Shown piece by piece: positions 1-12,363 of a stretch of 64,000 bases of DNA (positions are counted from its first letter, which is position 1; each line of letters begins with the position of its first letter). The position numbers and the translations under genes are program-made. The stretch is from Tubiluchus corallicola. Its lineage: Eukaryota > Animalia > Priapulida. The notes beneath the pieces are model-generated. The model was not told the origin of the DNA, made no database searches, and saw only the letters and a list, made by a program, of their open reading frames with translations. The stretch lies in assembly GCA_030141605.1 (NCBI GenBank), contig JAQGDQ010000386.1, positions 157,401-221,400 on the forward strand. The letters are read 5' to 3'.

Positions 1-1620
1 TGCGCGAATGTCCTACATAGTCATCGTTTATAAGGCAAGGCCAGCAGCAGCTTTTACTGAATTAAAGTTCTAAGGTCATAAGCAGAGTATAATGGATGAT
101 GTCACAACAATGGCTTTGCATCAGCAGTTTTCCAAGCGAAAATCGCCAAAAATGGAACATCTAATTAACTCATCACAGTTCCTCACTTGTGGAGACGTCC
201 TAAATTACAGCTCACACAGCTGTGTAGCCCTGTTTCTCCTCTTTCTATAGAACTACATATCTTCTTCCGAGAGTCTTACCAGGCTCCGCTAGAATGTTTT
301 TTCTACAGGCTATTTGGCTAAAATTTCAAAAAAATTCGGTGTTGGATCCGGGAAGACGTACGTTACGGGACGCCGTGGCCCTCTCGCAAATTCTAAATAC
401 GTCCAACACTGAACAGGCTATCTATCCATAGCCAGCACCACCCCAAGCCCATTCCCATTCTCCAGAAATAAGAGGAATAAGTTTTGCAAAAAACGGCCAA
501 AAAAGGGCAGTTTGAACCAAATTGAAAACTTGATTTCCTAGTTTACATTTCGAGTGATCATTTCAGTGTGGTCAGGCTACAAATGAGTGCTGCTAATTGT
601 TTATCTTATAAGTTGAGTGATTGTGTTCAGTGTGAACAGACTATAACCGAACTGTTAGCAATTTCATTATCTGGTTTGTTTGTGGACAGGCTATTCTTTT
701 TTGCCTCCTTTGTACTGGGTGACCCTGAAAGTATGCCATAATAGGCATTAAAACGAAAGTTTTCAAAATAATAGTGGTATGTGATTCAATTCATTTGGTC
801 ACACAATCATTTTTTACCTATAATACAATAATGTGTTTCTAGATTGGGAAAAATTGCTGCTGAACTATGCTCTGTTTGCTTCTGCTTATTGTAGTATGCT
901 TAGAAGGCTGTTCAAGTGGTGCCATTATAGAGGAAAATTATCTGAAATGCGAAGAGACTTAATGAAAATTGCCATTATCTCATTATAGGTATTTTCTATT
1001 AAAAATTCTTGCCAGCTTGGCACTCTTCATCTTTAATCTGTGTCAAACACATAAGTTATGTTCTGTATAAAATTTTAGTGCCTTTATTTTAGTAGATTAT
1101 AAGATTTTTACCGTAAATTTATGCACAACTCTCTTCCTCTTGATCTCTCAGAATATTTGTGTTTGTCATACGTCTGCTGGCATAGCAAAATCCTCCATAA
1201 GTCAGCAGTTAAGCTTTTCTAGTTATTCACGTATCCTGATCTGCATTTCATGAGTATAATTTTGATACCAAGCTTGTTGCTCTGTGTTATTTCTAACCTG
1301 AGATAATCCACGTTGAAGTTGAGGTGCAGGCTACGCACTGAAAAACATAATCTTGAGAAAATCTCTATTAAAGTCAGCTATTGTTTTTTGTCGTATTTCT
1401 ACGAAAGACTTAGCAACCATATGAAAGTGTGGTTGGTATGGACTTTGCAAGTGCGCACTGGAGTTATGTTTGAAATGCAGTAGGCAGCTCTCCCTGATGG
1501 AAATTTCGGTTTGACAACTGCTGAAACTTGAAGCAAAATGTCTGCTTCCACAAGCTATCATCGGAGTTTGAAAATTCGAGTTTTTTTTTACATTTGCAGT
1601 GCTAGTTTTTAATATTTTTT

Positions 1621-1792
1621 GGACATTTTCTTAATAATTTGCTGCTAGAATATAAAAGTCCAATATACTTTGCATTTGTTTTTATAAAAAAAAATTAATA
1701 TTAAGCCAATTTTTTTTGCATTCTACTTTGAAGCTTCATAATGTAGTTTTAACTATGCCGATTTATGGACGGTTTTGCTATGCAAGCACACA
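1621..1792. repeat. Unclassified interspersed repeat end (also 58375-58540, 58750-58810, 55289-55340)
   Basis: Shared GTAGTTTTAACTATGC.GA.TT.TGGACG..TTTGC..TGCAAG.AC terminus. Confidence 0.7.
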
Positions 1793-2372
1793 TATAAGTA
1801 TTATGTAAAATTTGTATCGTATAAGTTGATATGTATTTAATTGTTCATCCGTTGTACACTCCTTTCTGTTACTATGTATCTTTTTAATACAAAAATGTCA
1901 AATTTTCATGGATGAACACAAATATAGTTAGTTTCACATATCAGCAAAATATGCGAAATTAATCCATGTTACTAAGAAAATGAAACTAGAGAGATGCATG
2001 TTACAAATCATCATATTTGTTATGGGAAAAAATAACAATGAATGTGTCTTCTATGGTAGGATCCGCATTTTACAATTTAAACTGGATGCAAAATTTAACT
2101 GCATTTTACAAAAGTTTGTTGGAATTTGTGTCTATTTTCAAATTTAAAAGCAGTGTAATTTCGTTAACTTTCTTTATTTGTACAGATTTATTAAGTTTTC
2201 TTGTAATTATTTAGCTCAATGTATGATATGTATTTGTTATCGTCACTATTTTAAACTCCCCTAAATACATGCAGTCAAATCTCTTTGTATCGCCAATTGT
2301 GGGACTGCAAAAGTTGGCATTAAGCGAGTTTGGCATTATAACCAGCTGCATTCATACATGTCTATGCAAATA

Positions 2373-2932
2373 CAGTCAATCTCGGACATAAGGGACACCT
2401 TCGGACTGGAAAAAACCGTCCTTTATATCAGATGTCCCTTATACCCGAGTCGGACCGAGGGTGCATCTAGACCTGTACTTTTCTGTACTTTTACCCATAT
2501 TTTTATGGATTATTGCTACACATTCAGTGCAAATGGTATGTAGGAAGCTCCTTCAGCGATGCAAGATGTATGTAATCGCGGAAACCGAGCTTTTCGAAGG
2601 CCGAGTTTGCGAAAAATTGAGGTTAAAAATCGATCAATTTCGCTTTGATCATAGGGTCCCTTATATGTGAGGTAATTTACCTGGGTTTTTATTACATGGG
2701 ACCTGAAGATATCGTCCCTTATAACCGAAAGTCCAAAAATATACGAATATTTATACATAGAAAAAACTTTACGAAAAATCGGGACCAGTGTTGGTGGTCC
2801 CTTGTAAACAAGTGTCCCTTATAATATAGTACCTTATATACGAAGATTTTTACACAGGAAAAAAGTTACGAAAAATTGGGACCAATGTTGGTGGTCCCTT
2901 ATAAGCTAGTACCTTATACCCAAGGTTGACTG
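2373..2932. mobile_element. pogo/Tc1-type MITE (TIR CAGTCAACCTCG, TA TSD), nested in an older similar element at 2272-3019
   Basis: TA|CAGTCAA...TTGACTG|TA; same family at 12802-13156, 22757-23243 and 63109-63572. Confidence 0.85.
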
Positions 2933-3827
2933 TATAAGCATTTTGCTTTCCACAAAATTTGGGCATATAAAAAAGTTGCCATTATAAGGTGGGGGGGGGA
3001 TTATAATGAGGTATCGCTGTAATGTAACCTAGTCACTTCATTGAATACAAAGTATTATGACTATTATTTTCCTAATCGGAACACCACAAATTTCTGCTTT
3101 ATTTTTAGTAATGTAACATATATACATATATATATATATATATTTGTAATAAGATTAATGCAATTTTTATTTATTTTAAAATGCCTCCAATCATAAGCAA
3201 AAAACAAAAATGCTCAACTCTGCTGATTTTTGTAAAGATTTGCACATCGTATTGGTTGCATCTTTGAATTAAAATAAGTTTATTGCACTGACTCTAACCT
3301 TAGAAGCCTGAGCATGACATTTTTATAGCTCTTAGAGAAATTATAAAGGAGTAAAGTACAGTAGTTCATAACTACTGCAAATTAGCAAGAGAATGGCTGA
3401 CTAGCAAGATTATTTTGGTGGAATTTTTACAGGAGTTTTGGCATAAAATTATGAGTTATATCAAATTTGTAATCTGTGATATCAACTTTGTTAAATTATA
3501 TCAATTTTAGATCGATAGAGTAAAACGATAATACTAATATTATGTGAGTTTTAATTATTTGTTATCAGTAAATAAATAGAAAGTGAATAGAAACTTTGTC
3601 TTTCTCTAACTTCTCTAGACGTGTTTCTAAATTTCTCCATCACTATGCTTTCCGTCACATTTATGAAACTGTTAACACATTAGCTGATTTTTATTGATTT
3701 ATCTGAATAAATATGGCTTCATAGAAAGCCTGTCACACACTTTAAAGCAATTGGAAGGCTTGGTTTGAAGTCATGAACTGCCCCGGGAGAAATTTTTGAT
3801 TTTAAATGCATTGCATTGACAGGTTGT

Positions 3828-4037
3828 ATGTGTGTGTGTATTCACATGACTGTATAGACCATACCAGCCAGTTAAATGTATAAGCTTATTAAAAATAATA
3901 AAAGGAAAGTGCGTGCTTTATGCCATAGTGGTGTGTGTGTTTGTGTATTCACATGACTGTATAGACCACACCAGCCAGTTAAATGTATAAGCTTATTAAA
4001 AATAATAAAAGGAAAGTGCATGCTTTACTCCATAGTG
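3828..4037. repeat. ~107-bp direct repeat, 2 copies
   Basis: TGTGTATTCACATGACTGTATAGACC...GGAAAGTG occurs twice. Confidence 0.88.
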
Positions 4038-6138
4038 TTACAACATGGAACTTAATTTTGTTATTTATGATGATACTGATAACTGTAGCTTTGAGCACCA
4101 TTGACACCAGAACCATGCCTTTTGTTCACAGATGGAAGTTAGACAGATAATAATTCATTAGAGAGATAATTGAACAATTATCTAATTATAGTGTATAATT
4201 TTTTATATTTTTTGAAGTTTTCTCATGGATGGCCAATGCTTGCCATTGAATGCTTGTTAAAAAGTGTTGACGTTATAATATTATTATTATCATTATTATT
4301 ACAGCTGTATAATTTAATAACACATAGATTACAAAACCTCAATCAAACAGTGGGGGTCCATCTGATGACAGCTAGCTCTCCCTTTGTCTTGCCTACTCCT
4401 TCATCTGAGTTGCACAACAAAAGTGGCTCACCAAACTCGTGCAGAAATTCCATTGAAATAAACTGCGAGAGTTATGGTCAAATGGGTGCTATTATTTATT
4501 TTCTCCAACCACACAAGATTTCTGCAAGTAAAACTTGTCTAGCAGAAGTACAGAGACAGTATAGTGGTGTAATACTATGCTTGCTGTATAGTGCCTCGAA
4601 AGATTAGAAACAGTCAAATTTATCGGTTTCTCCAAGCCAAAAATTCAAACAAATCTGGCGCTAAAAAATTTCTCCCAGCTAGGTCGATAAACATAAGCTG
4701 AGCCGTCAAATTAATAAAAACACTGCCTGTTCCAAGATAATTAGTTTCCTATTTTTTAATAAAAGCTTTTATGCTGTTACAAGATATAACCAAATAGTAC
4801 TATTAATGTTTCATTAAGGTTGAACATCCGATATTTGGCAGACCTCTTATCTGTTATCTACAGGTTATCTGGGGTAATTAACTTATGCCATTCAAATCCA
4901 AATACTGCTTATATAAGTCTTTAAGACTGATCATTCATAATGTCTAGTATGACCTTAAACATATAATCATTATGTAGATTTTATAAAAGATACTTTCCTT
5001 GTACCATATTTTCCTAGTACCAGTTAAATTTTTCCAGTACTAAACTTTCCTAGCACCAAAGCTGTTCCGTATCATTTTTACATTGTGCCAGATTTAATTG
5101 TACCAAAAACGCTTGCCAACTGTTGCCAGTACTGTTTTAAATGTATTAAATCAGTATTAAATACTGTATTAAATCTTCCCAGTACCACATTTCCCTGTAC
5201 GCAATTTTCCTAGCGGTAAAATTTCGCTGTACTATCAATTACTAGCAGGCAATTTTCTTGGTATGAAATGTTCCTCATACGAAAATTACTAGGATCAAAT
5301 TTACCCTTCACCAAACTTACTACTACCAAATTTTTCCATGTTTTTTATGTTATGTCATCAAGTTGGGTGGGGCTAAATGCGGCTTGCGATCTATCCATTA
5401 AGAAAATTTTTTTAATAAAAAAATTGGATGTTTTAATAATAAATTTGTAAGCATTGTACATGTATTTTCATTTTTTGCTGTTTTCTAACTAGCATTTTTG
5501 ATGGAGTTTTCCATTCTAGCACATGCATGTGAAGAGTAACTCTCTCTAGACCTTCCATTTTTTTGCAATTTAAACACAATTACAATGTTATTGGCAAATA
5601 TTATTGATCACAAACAGCTCACATATCTTAACTAATCTGATCTGATCTGAATAATAGTGCAAATGTTGCACAGTTTACATGTTAAAGTACACAAAAGCTA
5701 AGTGTTTGTGCAAAATTTGTATTAATCCATTGAAGGACAAATTATACAATATACATCACAGACTAGCTACATTCATCACAAAAGAATTTTAAACACTGCT
5801 TTACATGGTACAAAATAAAAAATTGTACAATACACTTCGAAAGTTCACTTACGAGATTACTTGGGCATATGCGTAACACTGGAATGGAAAAAAAAGTACA
5901 AATACTCATCGACAAAAACTGATACACAACAGATATTTTGGCTTTCAAATGAATCCAATAACGAAAAAAATTCACTTCATAGCTACAGCCAAGGTGTGCA
6001 ACTTCACTTGAAATTTCATACAAATTATATGACAAAATTCCAATAAAAATTGAACACATCACATTTACTGGCAGCACTTACCGAGTTCAACGCATTAAAT
6101 ACATTTTGTAATTCACGGTAAGTTTGCTCGAAGTTATG

Positions 6139-6477
6139 CAGTACACTCATATCTCGGTTTGCCGGACCTCGATTTTAAAGATATTGGAGGAATCGGACAA
6201 AATATGGACCATAATAAAGCCTGCATACTACGGACACAACCCGTTGTTTCGCAAGCTGACCACTAGTTGGCGGGTCGTCACTGTGTGTAACCACATCAGT
6301 GTAACCAACCAGAGTGTAACAACACGTGCGTAGCTTGTATGTCAAGTGGTTTATTTGAGTCAACTGCCGACAGTTTTTACATACTTTTATATACATAGGA
6401 GTGGCCCAGAGTAGACGTTTTTTAAGACAAGTGATTCTGCATTATCGTGAGTATAATACTGAGATATAAGTGTACAG
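6139..6477. mobile_element. Small TIR element immediately 3' of the CPSF1 stop codon
   Basis: CAGTACACTCATATCTCGG versus CTGAGATATAAGTGTACAG, an imperfect 19-bp inverted repeat. Confidence 0.55.
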
Positions 6478-6528
6478 CAATTTCAGATCTAAACTCAAGC
6501 ATACAGGCTAAACTTAAAAAGCATAAAT

Positions 6529-9500
6529 TTAAAAATGAGCGGCGAATCGATCAATCTCTAGCAAGTCTTCTATAATCTGTTCTGATGAAGTTCCTATCTT
6601 TCTAGTTAACTCTTCTCTTTCTGATATACTCAGGTGTAAGAACTTCCAAAGCAGTTCTCCATCTAATACGTTCCGCTGCTGATTCTGTAAAAGGCGTTTC
6701 TGAGATTTGGCCATTCGGTAAGCTCTGGGATTTAGTCCCGCGTTGTGTGGTGTATTGACTACGAAAACATTCTGCAACATCGAGAATCGTCTGTATATCT
6801 TTTCAGTGATAGGAAGGAGGTAGCCAAGACTGCCATCCAAACTTGCGAAATAAGTAACGTGCTTATTCTCGGCAGAGCTACCAAAGGTCTTCTGAGTCGA
6901 CGGATCCTGAAGTTTACAACGGACACGAAACATGCAATTAATGCGAGATCCAATATTGAAGTCCGCTCGACGAATCAAACGCTGTCCACCAACACTTTCT
7001 CTGGCTTCTGGCTGATACATATAGAGAAACAAATTACACAAAGAGTCAGTAGCCAAAAATCCAATCTGCTTATTATTGACAAAGTATTCAGCAGCATAAA
7101 CTTGAACTGGTTTGATATCTCGGCTTACCAACGAAAGCGTTTTTGTTTCCTCTTGAAAACGCAGTAGAGATATACTTTTTGCAACATCTGCAACTAGTAC
7201 AAAATTTTTTAACCCAAATGCTTGATGAATATACATCTGCGTATCAATAAATGCCCGGGCTACAAGGTTTTTATCAGACAATTCCCACATGAAAATTTTC
7301 TGCCCAATGGCACCAAGAAGATGACCGTTAACATGAGTCAAGGCAGTAACAGGACCTTTTTGTTCTTCATCGTAGATAATTTTAATTTTATTTTTTGTTA
7401 AAGGTTGTCCTGGTTCTGGTACAACTTCAATGACATCTAATAGCATGATTTTACCTTTAGACTGTATCTCATCACCATAGCAAGAAGAGGTGCCCACAGC
7501 TAGATAGCCTTTCAAGCCACTGACAGTTGTCTCTGATTTTAAACTGACATTCTTTAGACAGGTTACATGTTCCCATTCATCAAACTCCACCTTGGTGTTT
7601 GGTATTGGCTCCCAACTCACGGGTGAAAACAACTGCAGTAAGAACTTGTCAATTGTGCTGTAAATGAAGCCTTCATCACCTTCAAACTCCTCAAAATGCT
7701 TCTCTTCTGCAATAATCTTAACAATCTTGTTACAAGGTTCAGGTACGCTTGTAACCACTCCGTGTGTCTTGCTTTCCAAATGATAGGCAACAAAGTGCGG
7801 CGTGCAACGAAGCGGAACTTTCCGCACGGGCCAAGGTGAATCATAAGAGAGATGAGTAGGTAAAACAGCTATTCTTAATTCACCGTTGCGGTTGAAATAC
7901 AAAAAACCTTTTGGACAATTCATGTTGTGAAATGGAGCAAAGCAAGTAACACCTCCATCTATGCCCATCGGATGTGCTCTTAATACACCCCGCGATGTCA
8001 TAAACAGCCAATGCGGATAATAGCCAGAAACAAAAATGCCTGAATACCCTGCAATGTCATCAAAATATCGTAGCCGGTGATTAGCACCGCTGAGTAAGTC
8101 TACGTTCTCTCCTTCGGACTTTTTCTTTTTCTCCTTCCTCTCTTTCACCAAAAGGTTTAACGGCAACTTAGAGAACCTAAGCTTAAGGCTATCTTCCCGT
8201 TCTGCACCATGATATGAAAATACTTCATAAATGAGAAGCTCTTCTCCAATGCGAGTAAAAAGATGTGGCCGGCCTCTCTTTTGACCTAAACCGACTAGCA
8301 GAATTTCCTGTACTTGGACATGAGAGATCTCAGCATGCGAAGAACCTTCGTTTCTCGTCTCGCGATCCTCACAAGCTTTTAAAACTCGTGGTCCTGTTGA
8401 GAAGTTTTTAGCAACGAAAACAACCTTGAAATCAGGCAAGCTACAAATTTCTAAATTTCCATTTTGTCGGCACAGCACAATCCAATGTGTCGGAACGATT
8501 GTTTCATCTTCCACTTTATCCATTTCAGGCTCGATGCTAGCTTCTTTATCAAGATCAAAAGCAGAGGACTCTCCATACAGCATCTCATCCTCATCATCAG
8601 TCGTTTGGGGAATGGAACTTGTTCTTGTCTGATGGCTGCCTTCTATGTTAGCTGAACTTTTTGCAAGGTCAGTATCGGTCTGTGTTGTGAACAAACCACT
8701 CTCATCTGTGTATGCACATAATGTTACGATTCTTGGCATGACTTCAACTGAAGGCGTCACCAACAGCAATTTAGCATTAAGTCCAACACAGTCTGGTCTA
8801 AAAATCAACAAAGCAATTTCTCCATTCTTGCTTAAAATTACAAGGTATGGATCACAAAGAGATGCATGGACAACTGGAGACTGAAGGTCCAGATCAACTT
8901 CTTGAATTACATCGACACCATTCAATAATCTAACCGAATTTAAAAGAACTTGCACAATGTAAGCATTTTGTCCAACATTTGAAGCAAGAATAGTTGTACT
9001 AGCTGTACTAAATCCACTGTGATCTAACTCATTTATTTCTTGCCCTGTCTGAAGTATCATGCTAGAATTTTCCCTACTCAAAATAAGAAAAGCATGACTG
9101 TTATCCAGTGACATGTCTGCCTTTTCACCTTCTTTTGTCTTAGGAGATCCAACAACAGTCCACATGTCCCGACAGCCAGGAAGCTCAAAAGTCGTAACTA
9201 CCTGCGGACGGATTGTTCGCTGCAAAATGGAAATAGCTCCATTCTTACCATGCCCTGAAGTAGACACTAGCTCTAGATCAGGGTCAGTGCCCTTTTGGAA
9301 TTCCTCTGACAAAAAAGCTGGTTCCCCCATAGCAACTGACCCACATGGTCCAATATTTAGTATGCTGTCACAAACTTCAAACGTATAATTAGCAATAGAT
9401 ATACCAGCTTGTGACTCTGTACTTCCATAAACTTCCAGTTCCTCGGCATCCTCTATATCGGCAACATCAGAAGCCATCCAGTCACCCATTGTATCTAATC

Positions 9501-10737
9501 GCTTCTTTTTTGCAGGTGGTTCAGTTCTCTTTTGTCCTGACTTCCCGCCACCAGATTCTTCATGCATTTTCTCAGTATACTTGAGGAGAAGAGAGTTACC
9601 CAGTCGCGACCCTAGAAAAATGTAACCTTCCTCGCATGTACACATGCAAGTAGTAAGGACTGATGACGCTGCTTTGTCAAAATGGAAACTCCTAACACTC
9701 CTCATACCATCCACAAGCAATGTTAGAACATATAATTCACCTCCATTTAATGATATTACAAGTCTTTCGTTTGATACAAATACTGCTTGAGCACAATCTA
9801 AGGTAATCTTAACACCAGGTTGTTTTTTTAAGGGAAAGGCAGTGCTTCCTTCAGTAAAACTATTCAGGGAAATGCCATATGGTGGGAAGCTTTGATTAAG
9901 ATACAGTAGAGAATTCGCAGCAAAAACAAGTACTCCGCCTATGGGTTTATCTACAGGAAAAGCACGAAGACAATCATACGGTAAGTTATTTATTGACCAG
10001 ATTATGGGATGCACCTTTTCAAGCATATTTAATGATATTGCAACAATGCAACAGGTGTCTTGTCTTATTCCAACACGGCCAGACCAAGTAGGGAGAGGTT
10101 CGTAAATAATAAATAATGTTGGTTCGTAGTAACCATGCAAAAATTGTACATCAATAACGTTTATAATTTTTTCGTCCAACATCCTGAGATCAACAGTATA
10201 TGATGGCAAAATGGCCGATCTTTGTTGCCAATCAACATCATCCACCATACCTTCTTTTCGAAATGGAAACACTACAAGTCTTGTGCCATAGATCATCATC
10301 ACAGCACACCTTGCATCAGGATCTACGCGCAAAACAGGCAGGTTGTAATTACATCCAATGCCATCTCTAAATTCATCTTCTTCAAAAAAGTGCAATGAAA
10401 GCGTTTTCAGCCCATTTGTGGCAGGGTCATACTCGACAACAGACAACTTTGCATCTTTGAAACAAAGTAACAAAGAATCGCGTGCGGATCCGGCTAGAGT
10501 AACTTTCTCAAGTGCCTCAACTCGGCCAAATAGTGGAAATGTTGCCAAACACTCAACTTTAAATTTTTCGGCGTGCTCCCCAATTTCTGCATTGCTCGCT
10601 TGTGAAATCAGTCGATACACGTGCAATTGATTTGCGCCAGCAAGAACCAGGTTACGCTGTTTGAAATTATAAAAATGGCAATATAGACAATGCTCAATTC
10701 CCGTCGGCGGATGTAGCTCCTTGTATATAGCATACAT
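6529..10737 (-). CDS. CPSF1: Cleavage and polyadenylation specificity factor subunit 1 (CPSF160), complete single-exon CDS, 1402 aa
   Basis: Uninterrupted ORF with recognisable CPSF1 sequence from the N-terminus (MYAIYKELHPPTGIE; DAKLSVVEYDP; LKTLSLHFFEE) through YDSPWPVRKVPLRCTPHFVAYH and IEVVPEPGQPLTKNK to the C-terminus (LLEIDRFAAHF). Confidence 0.97.
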   Translation of the reverse strand: MYAIYKELHPPTGIEHCLYCHFYNFKQRNLVLAGANQLHVYRLISQASNAEIGEHAEKFKVECLATFPLFGRVEALEKVTLAGSARDSLLLCFKDAKLSVVEYDPATNGLKTLSLHFFEEDEFRDGIGCNYNLPVLRVDPDARCAVMMIYGTRLVVFPFRKEGMVDDVDWQQRSAILPSYTVDLRMLDEKIINVIDVQFLHGYYEPTLFIIYEPLPTWSGRVGIRQDTCCIVAISLNMLEKVHPIIWSINNLPYDCLRAFPVDKPIGGVLVFAANSLLYLNQSFPPYGISLNSFTEGSTAFPLKKQPGVKITLDCAQAVFVSNERLVISLNGGELYVLTLLVDGMRSVRSFHFDKAASSVLTTCMCTCEEGYIFLGSRLGNSLLLKYTEKMHEESGGGKSGQKRTEPPAKKKRLDTMGDWMASDVADIEDAEELEVYGSTESQAGISIANYTFEVCDSILNIGPCGSVAMGEPAFLSEEFQKGTDPDLELVSTSGHGKNGAISILQRTIRPQVVTTFELPGCRDMWTVVGSPKTKEGEKADMSLDNSHAFLILSRENSSMILQTGQEINELDHSGFSTASTTILASNVGQNAYIVQVLLNSVRLLNGVDVIQEVDLDLQSPVVHASLCDPYLVILSKNGEIALLIFRPDCVGLNAKLLLVTPSVEVMPRIVTLCAYTDESGLFTTQTDTDLAKSSANIEGSHQTRTSSIPQTTDDEDEMLYGESSAFDLDKEASIEPEMDKVEDETIVPTHWIVLCRQNGNLEICSLPDFKVVFVAKNFSTGPRVLKACEDRETRNEGSSHAEISHVQVQEILLVGLGQKRGRPHLFTRIGEELLIYEVFSYHGAEREDSLKLRFSKLPLNLLVKERKEKKKKSEGENVDLLSGANHRLRYFDDIAGYSGIFVSGYYPHWLFMTSRGVLRAHPMGIDGGVTCFAPFHNMNCPKGFLYFNRNGELRIAVLPTHLSYDSPWPVRKVPLRCTPHFVAYHLESKTHGVVTSVPEPCNKIVKIIAEEKHFEEFEGDEGFIYSTIDKFLLQLFSPVSWEPIPNTKVEFDEWEHVTCLKNVSLKSETTVSGLKGYLAVGTSSCYGDEIQSKGKIMLLDVIEVVPEPGQPLTKNKIKIIYDEEQKGPVTALTHVNGHLLGAIGQKIFMWELSDKNLVARAFIDTQMYIHQAFGLKNFVLVADVAKSISLLRFQEETKTLSLVSRDIKPVQVYAAEYFVNNKQIGFLATDSLCNLFLYMYQPEARESVGGQRLIRRADFNIGSRINCMFRVRCKLQDPSTQKTFGSSAENKHVTYFASLDGSLGYLLPITEKIYRRFSMLQNVFVVNTPHNAGLNPRAYRMAKSQKRLLQNQQRNVLDGELLWKFLHLSISEREELTRKIGTSSEQIIEDLLEIDRFAAHF

Positions 10738-12363
10738 TATTCCGGTTAAGCTAGCAATGAAGATTACGAATGCATTTCTTTAAAATCAAACATCGCAAAC
10801 TAGCGATTTTGATATTTCGTTCACAACAATAGAAGCTATCTTTTTCTTAGGTTTGAGACGAAGTACTTTGCAATGTTCGCGAACTCGCGCATTTCTATTT
10901 TAAGCTTTTTCTACGACTGCTTCTAATACAAAGCGTCTGCTTGTATTGGACGTCCACTGGGGAATCTAGAGCAGATTTGCCAATAATTACTGTATTCGTA
11001 AATACATGAATAGTTATTGCTGTGTATAAAAAATTGCTGTAAACTTAAAGGACTGACCAGCACAACAAAGATTCTTTAAAATTAACGGGTTTAGTAATGA
11101 CAAACATAAAAATTAATTATCGGTAATAGACTACGAGATATTTTGTCTTACTATCACATAAAATATTTATCACGTTACCTCAGTTAATAGTGAATCAACT
11201 ATCAAAACAATGTTGGGTACTTCTTCAAAACGTAATAATGTTAGTCCTTGGTAACTGTATCTTGCGCTGGGTTCAAGGAGGACGCCAAAATATCTATGCC
11301 AAAAATCAAGGTTCTATAATCATACTGCAGAAAGCTTGCACACTAGCATTCCAGTTCAGCTGGCTTCTCACACCACATGTACAGTTTCAAACAAACGTCT
11401 ACATAATTGTAATTTTATGGAAATAAGTTCCTGCTAATGTGGAACCAGTTCATGCAGAGGCTGCAATGCCTAATTCGACAACAGGAATCTCGCAGCATGA
11501 ATAGTAGTATGCAACATAAGTTTACAGAAACTTAAGATGCCATAAAAATTTAAATATAAAATGTTCTACTAATACATGGTTGCATCATAATCTGCAAACT
11601 TATAATGCATAACAGCGATTTGATATAATGCAGCACTATAATTGGCATAACTGTTTACTACATCCTTATTCTAATACGTTATGATTATTACCCAATTGTT
11701 GTAAAGGTTGTGAAACTGTGATTGATTGATTTTTTTGACCTGTTTGAATTGTCTGTTTGTCAAGTGTTAAAGTCTTGAGCTACTGTACTATGTCGATTAT
11801 AATTGTATAATTGGTTATTTTGCATACACTAAGAAAAGGCTTTAAGTAAATTAGATCTTGATAACAAATACATATATTTCATTAGTTACTAACACAATTT
11901 TTATTACAAATTTATAATATACGTAATTACTAAACACGTCTCCCAAAAGCTGCTGCTAATATAACAATGTCACTCGATAAACTAAATAAATATTAATATC
12001 GTAGAAATAAGGGTAGTTGCTAGGTAACCTCTTGGTCTTTCGCCACACCATCTCAATGTAGTGTTTATCATGTTAAAGAAACCTTCTACGTCATTATAGG
12101 TGTAAATTTAAATGAGACGAATAAATTTATCTAATCTAATCTAATCTTAAGAATGGTAATTATATAACCATCACGGCAGTCAGTTTTTATGTTCAATTGA
12201 TCGTTTTACTCTACAGGAAAAGAAAGAGGTAATTCGAAAATGAATAACTAAACTTCAATTAAAGCACAATCCCAGCTGCATTCTACCATAGAAAATGTTA
12301 CATTTTAAATTTCAAAGTATGTATACACTTTAATTGTTCACAGAATATTAAGTACAATAGACA

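Noticed and set aside
4170-4607. 145-aa ORF and other short ORFs in 1-6400
   Set aside because: Low-complexity AT-rich translations with no recognisable motif, several with non-ATG starts.
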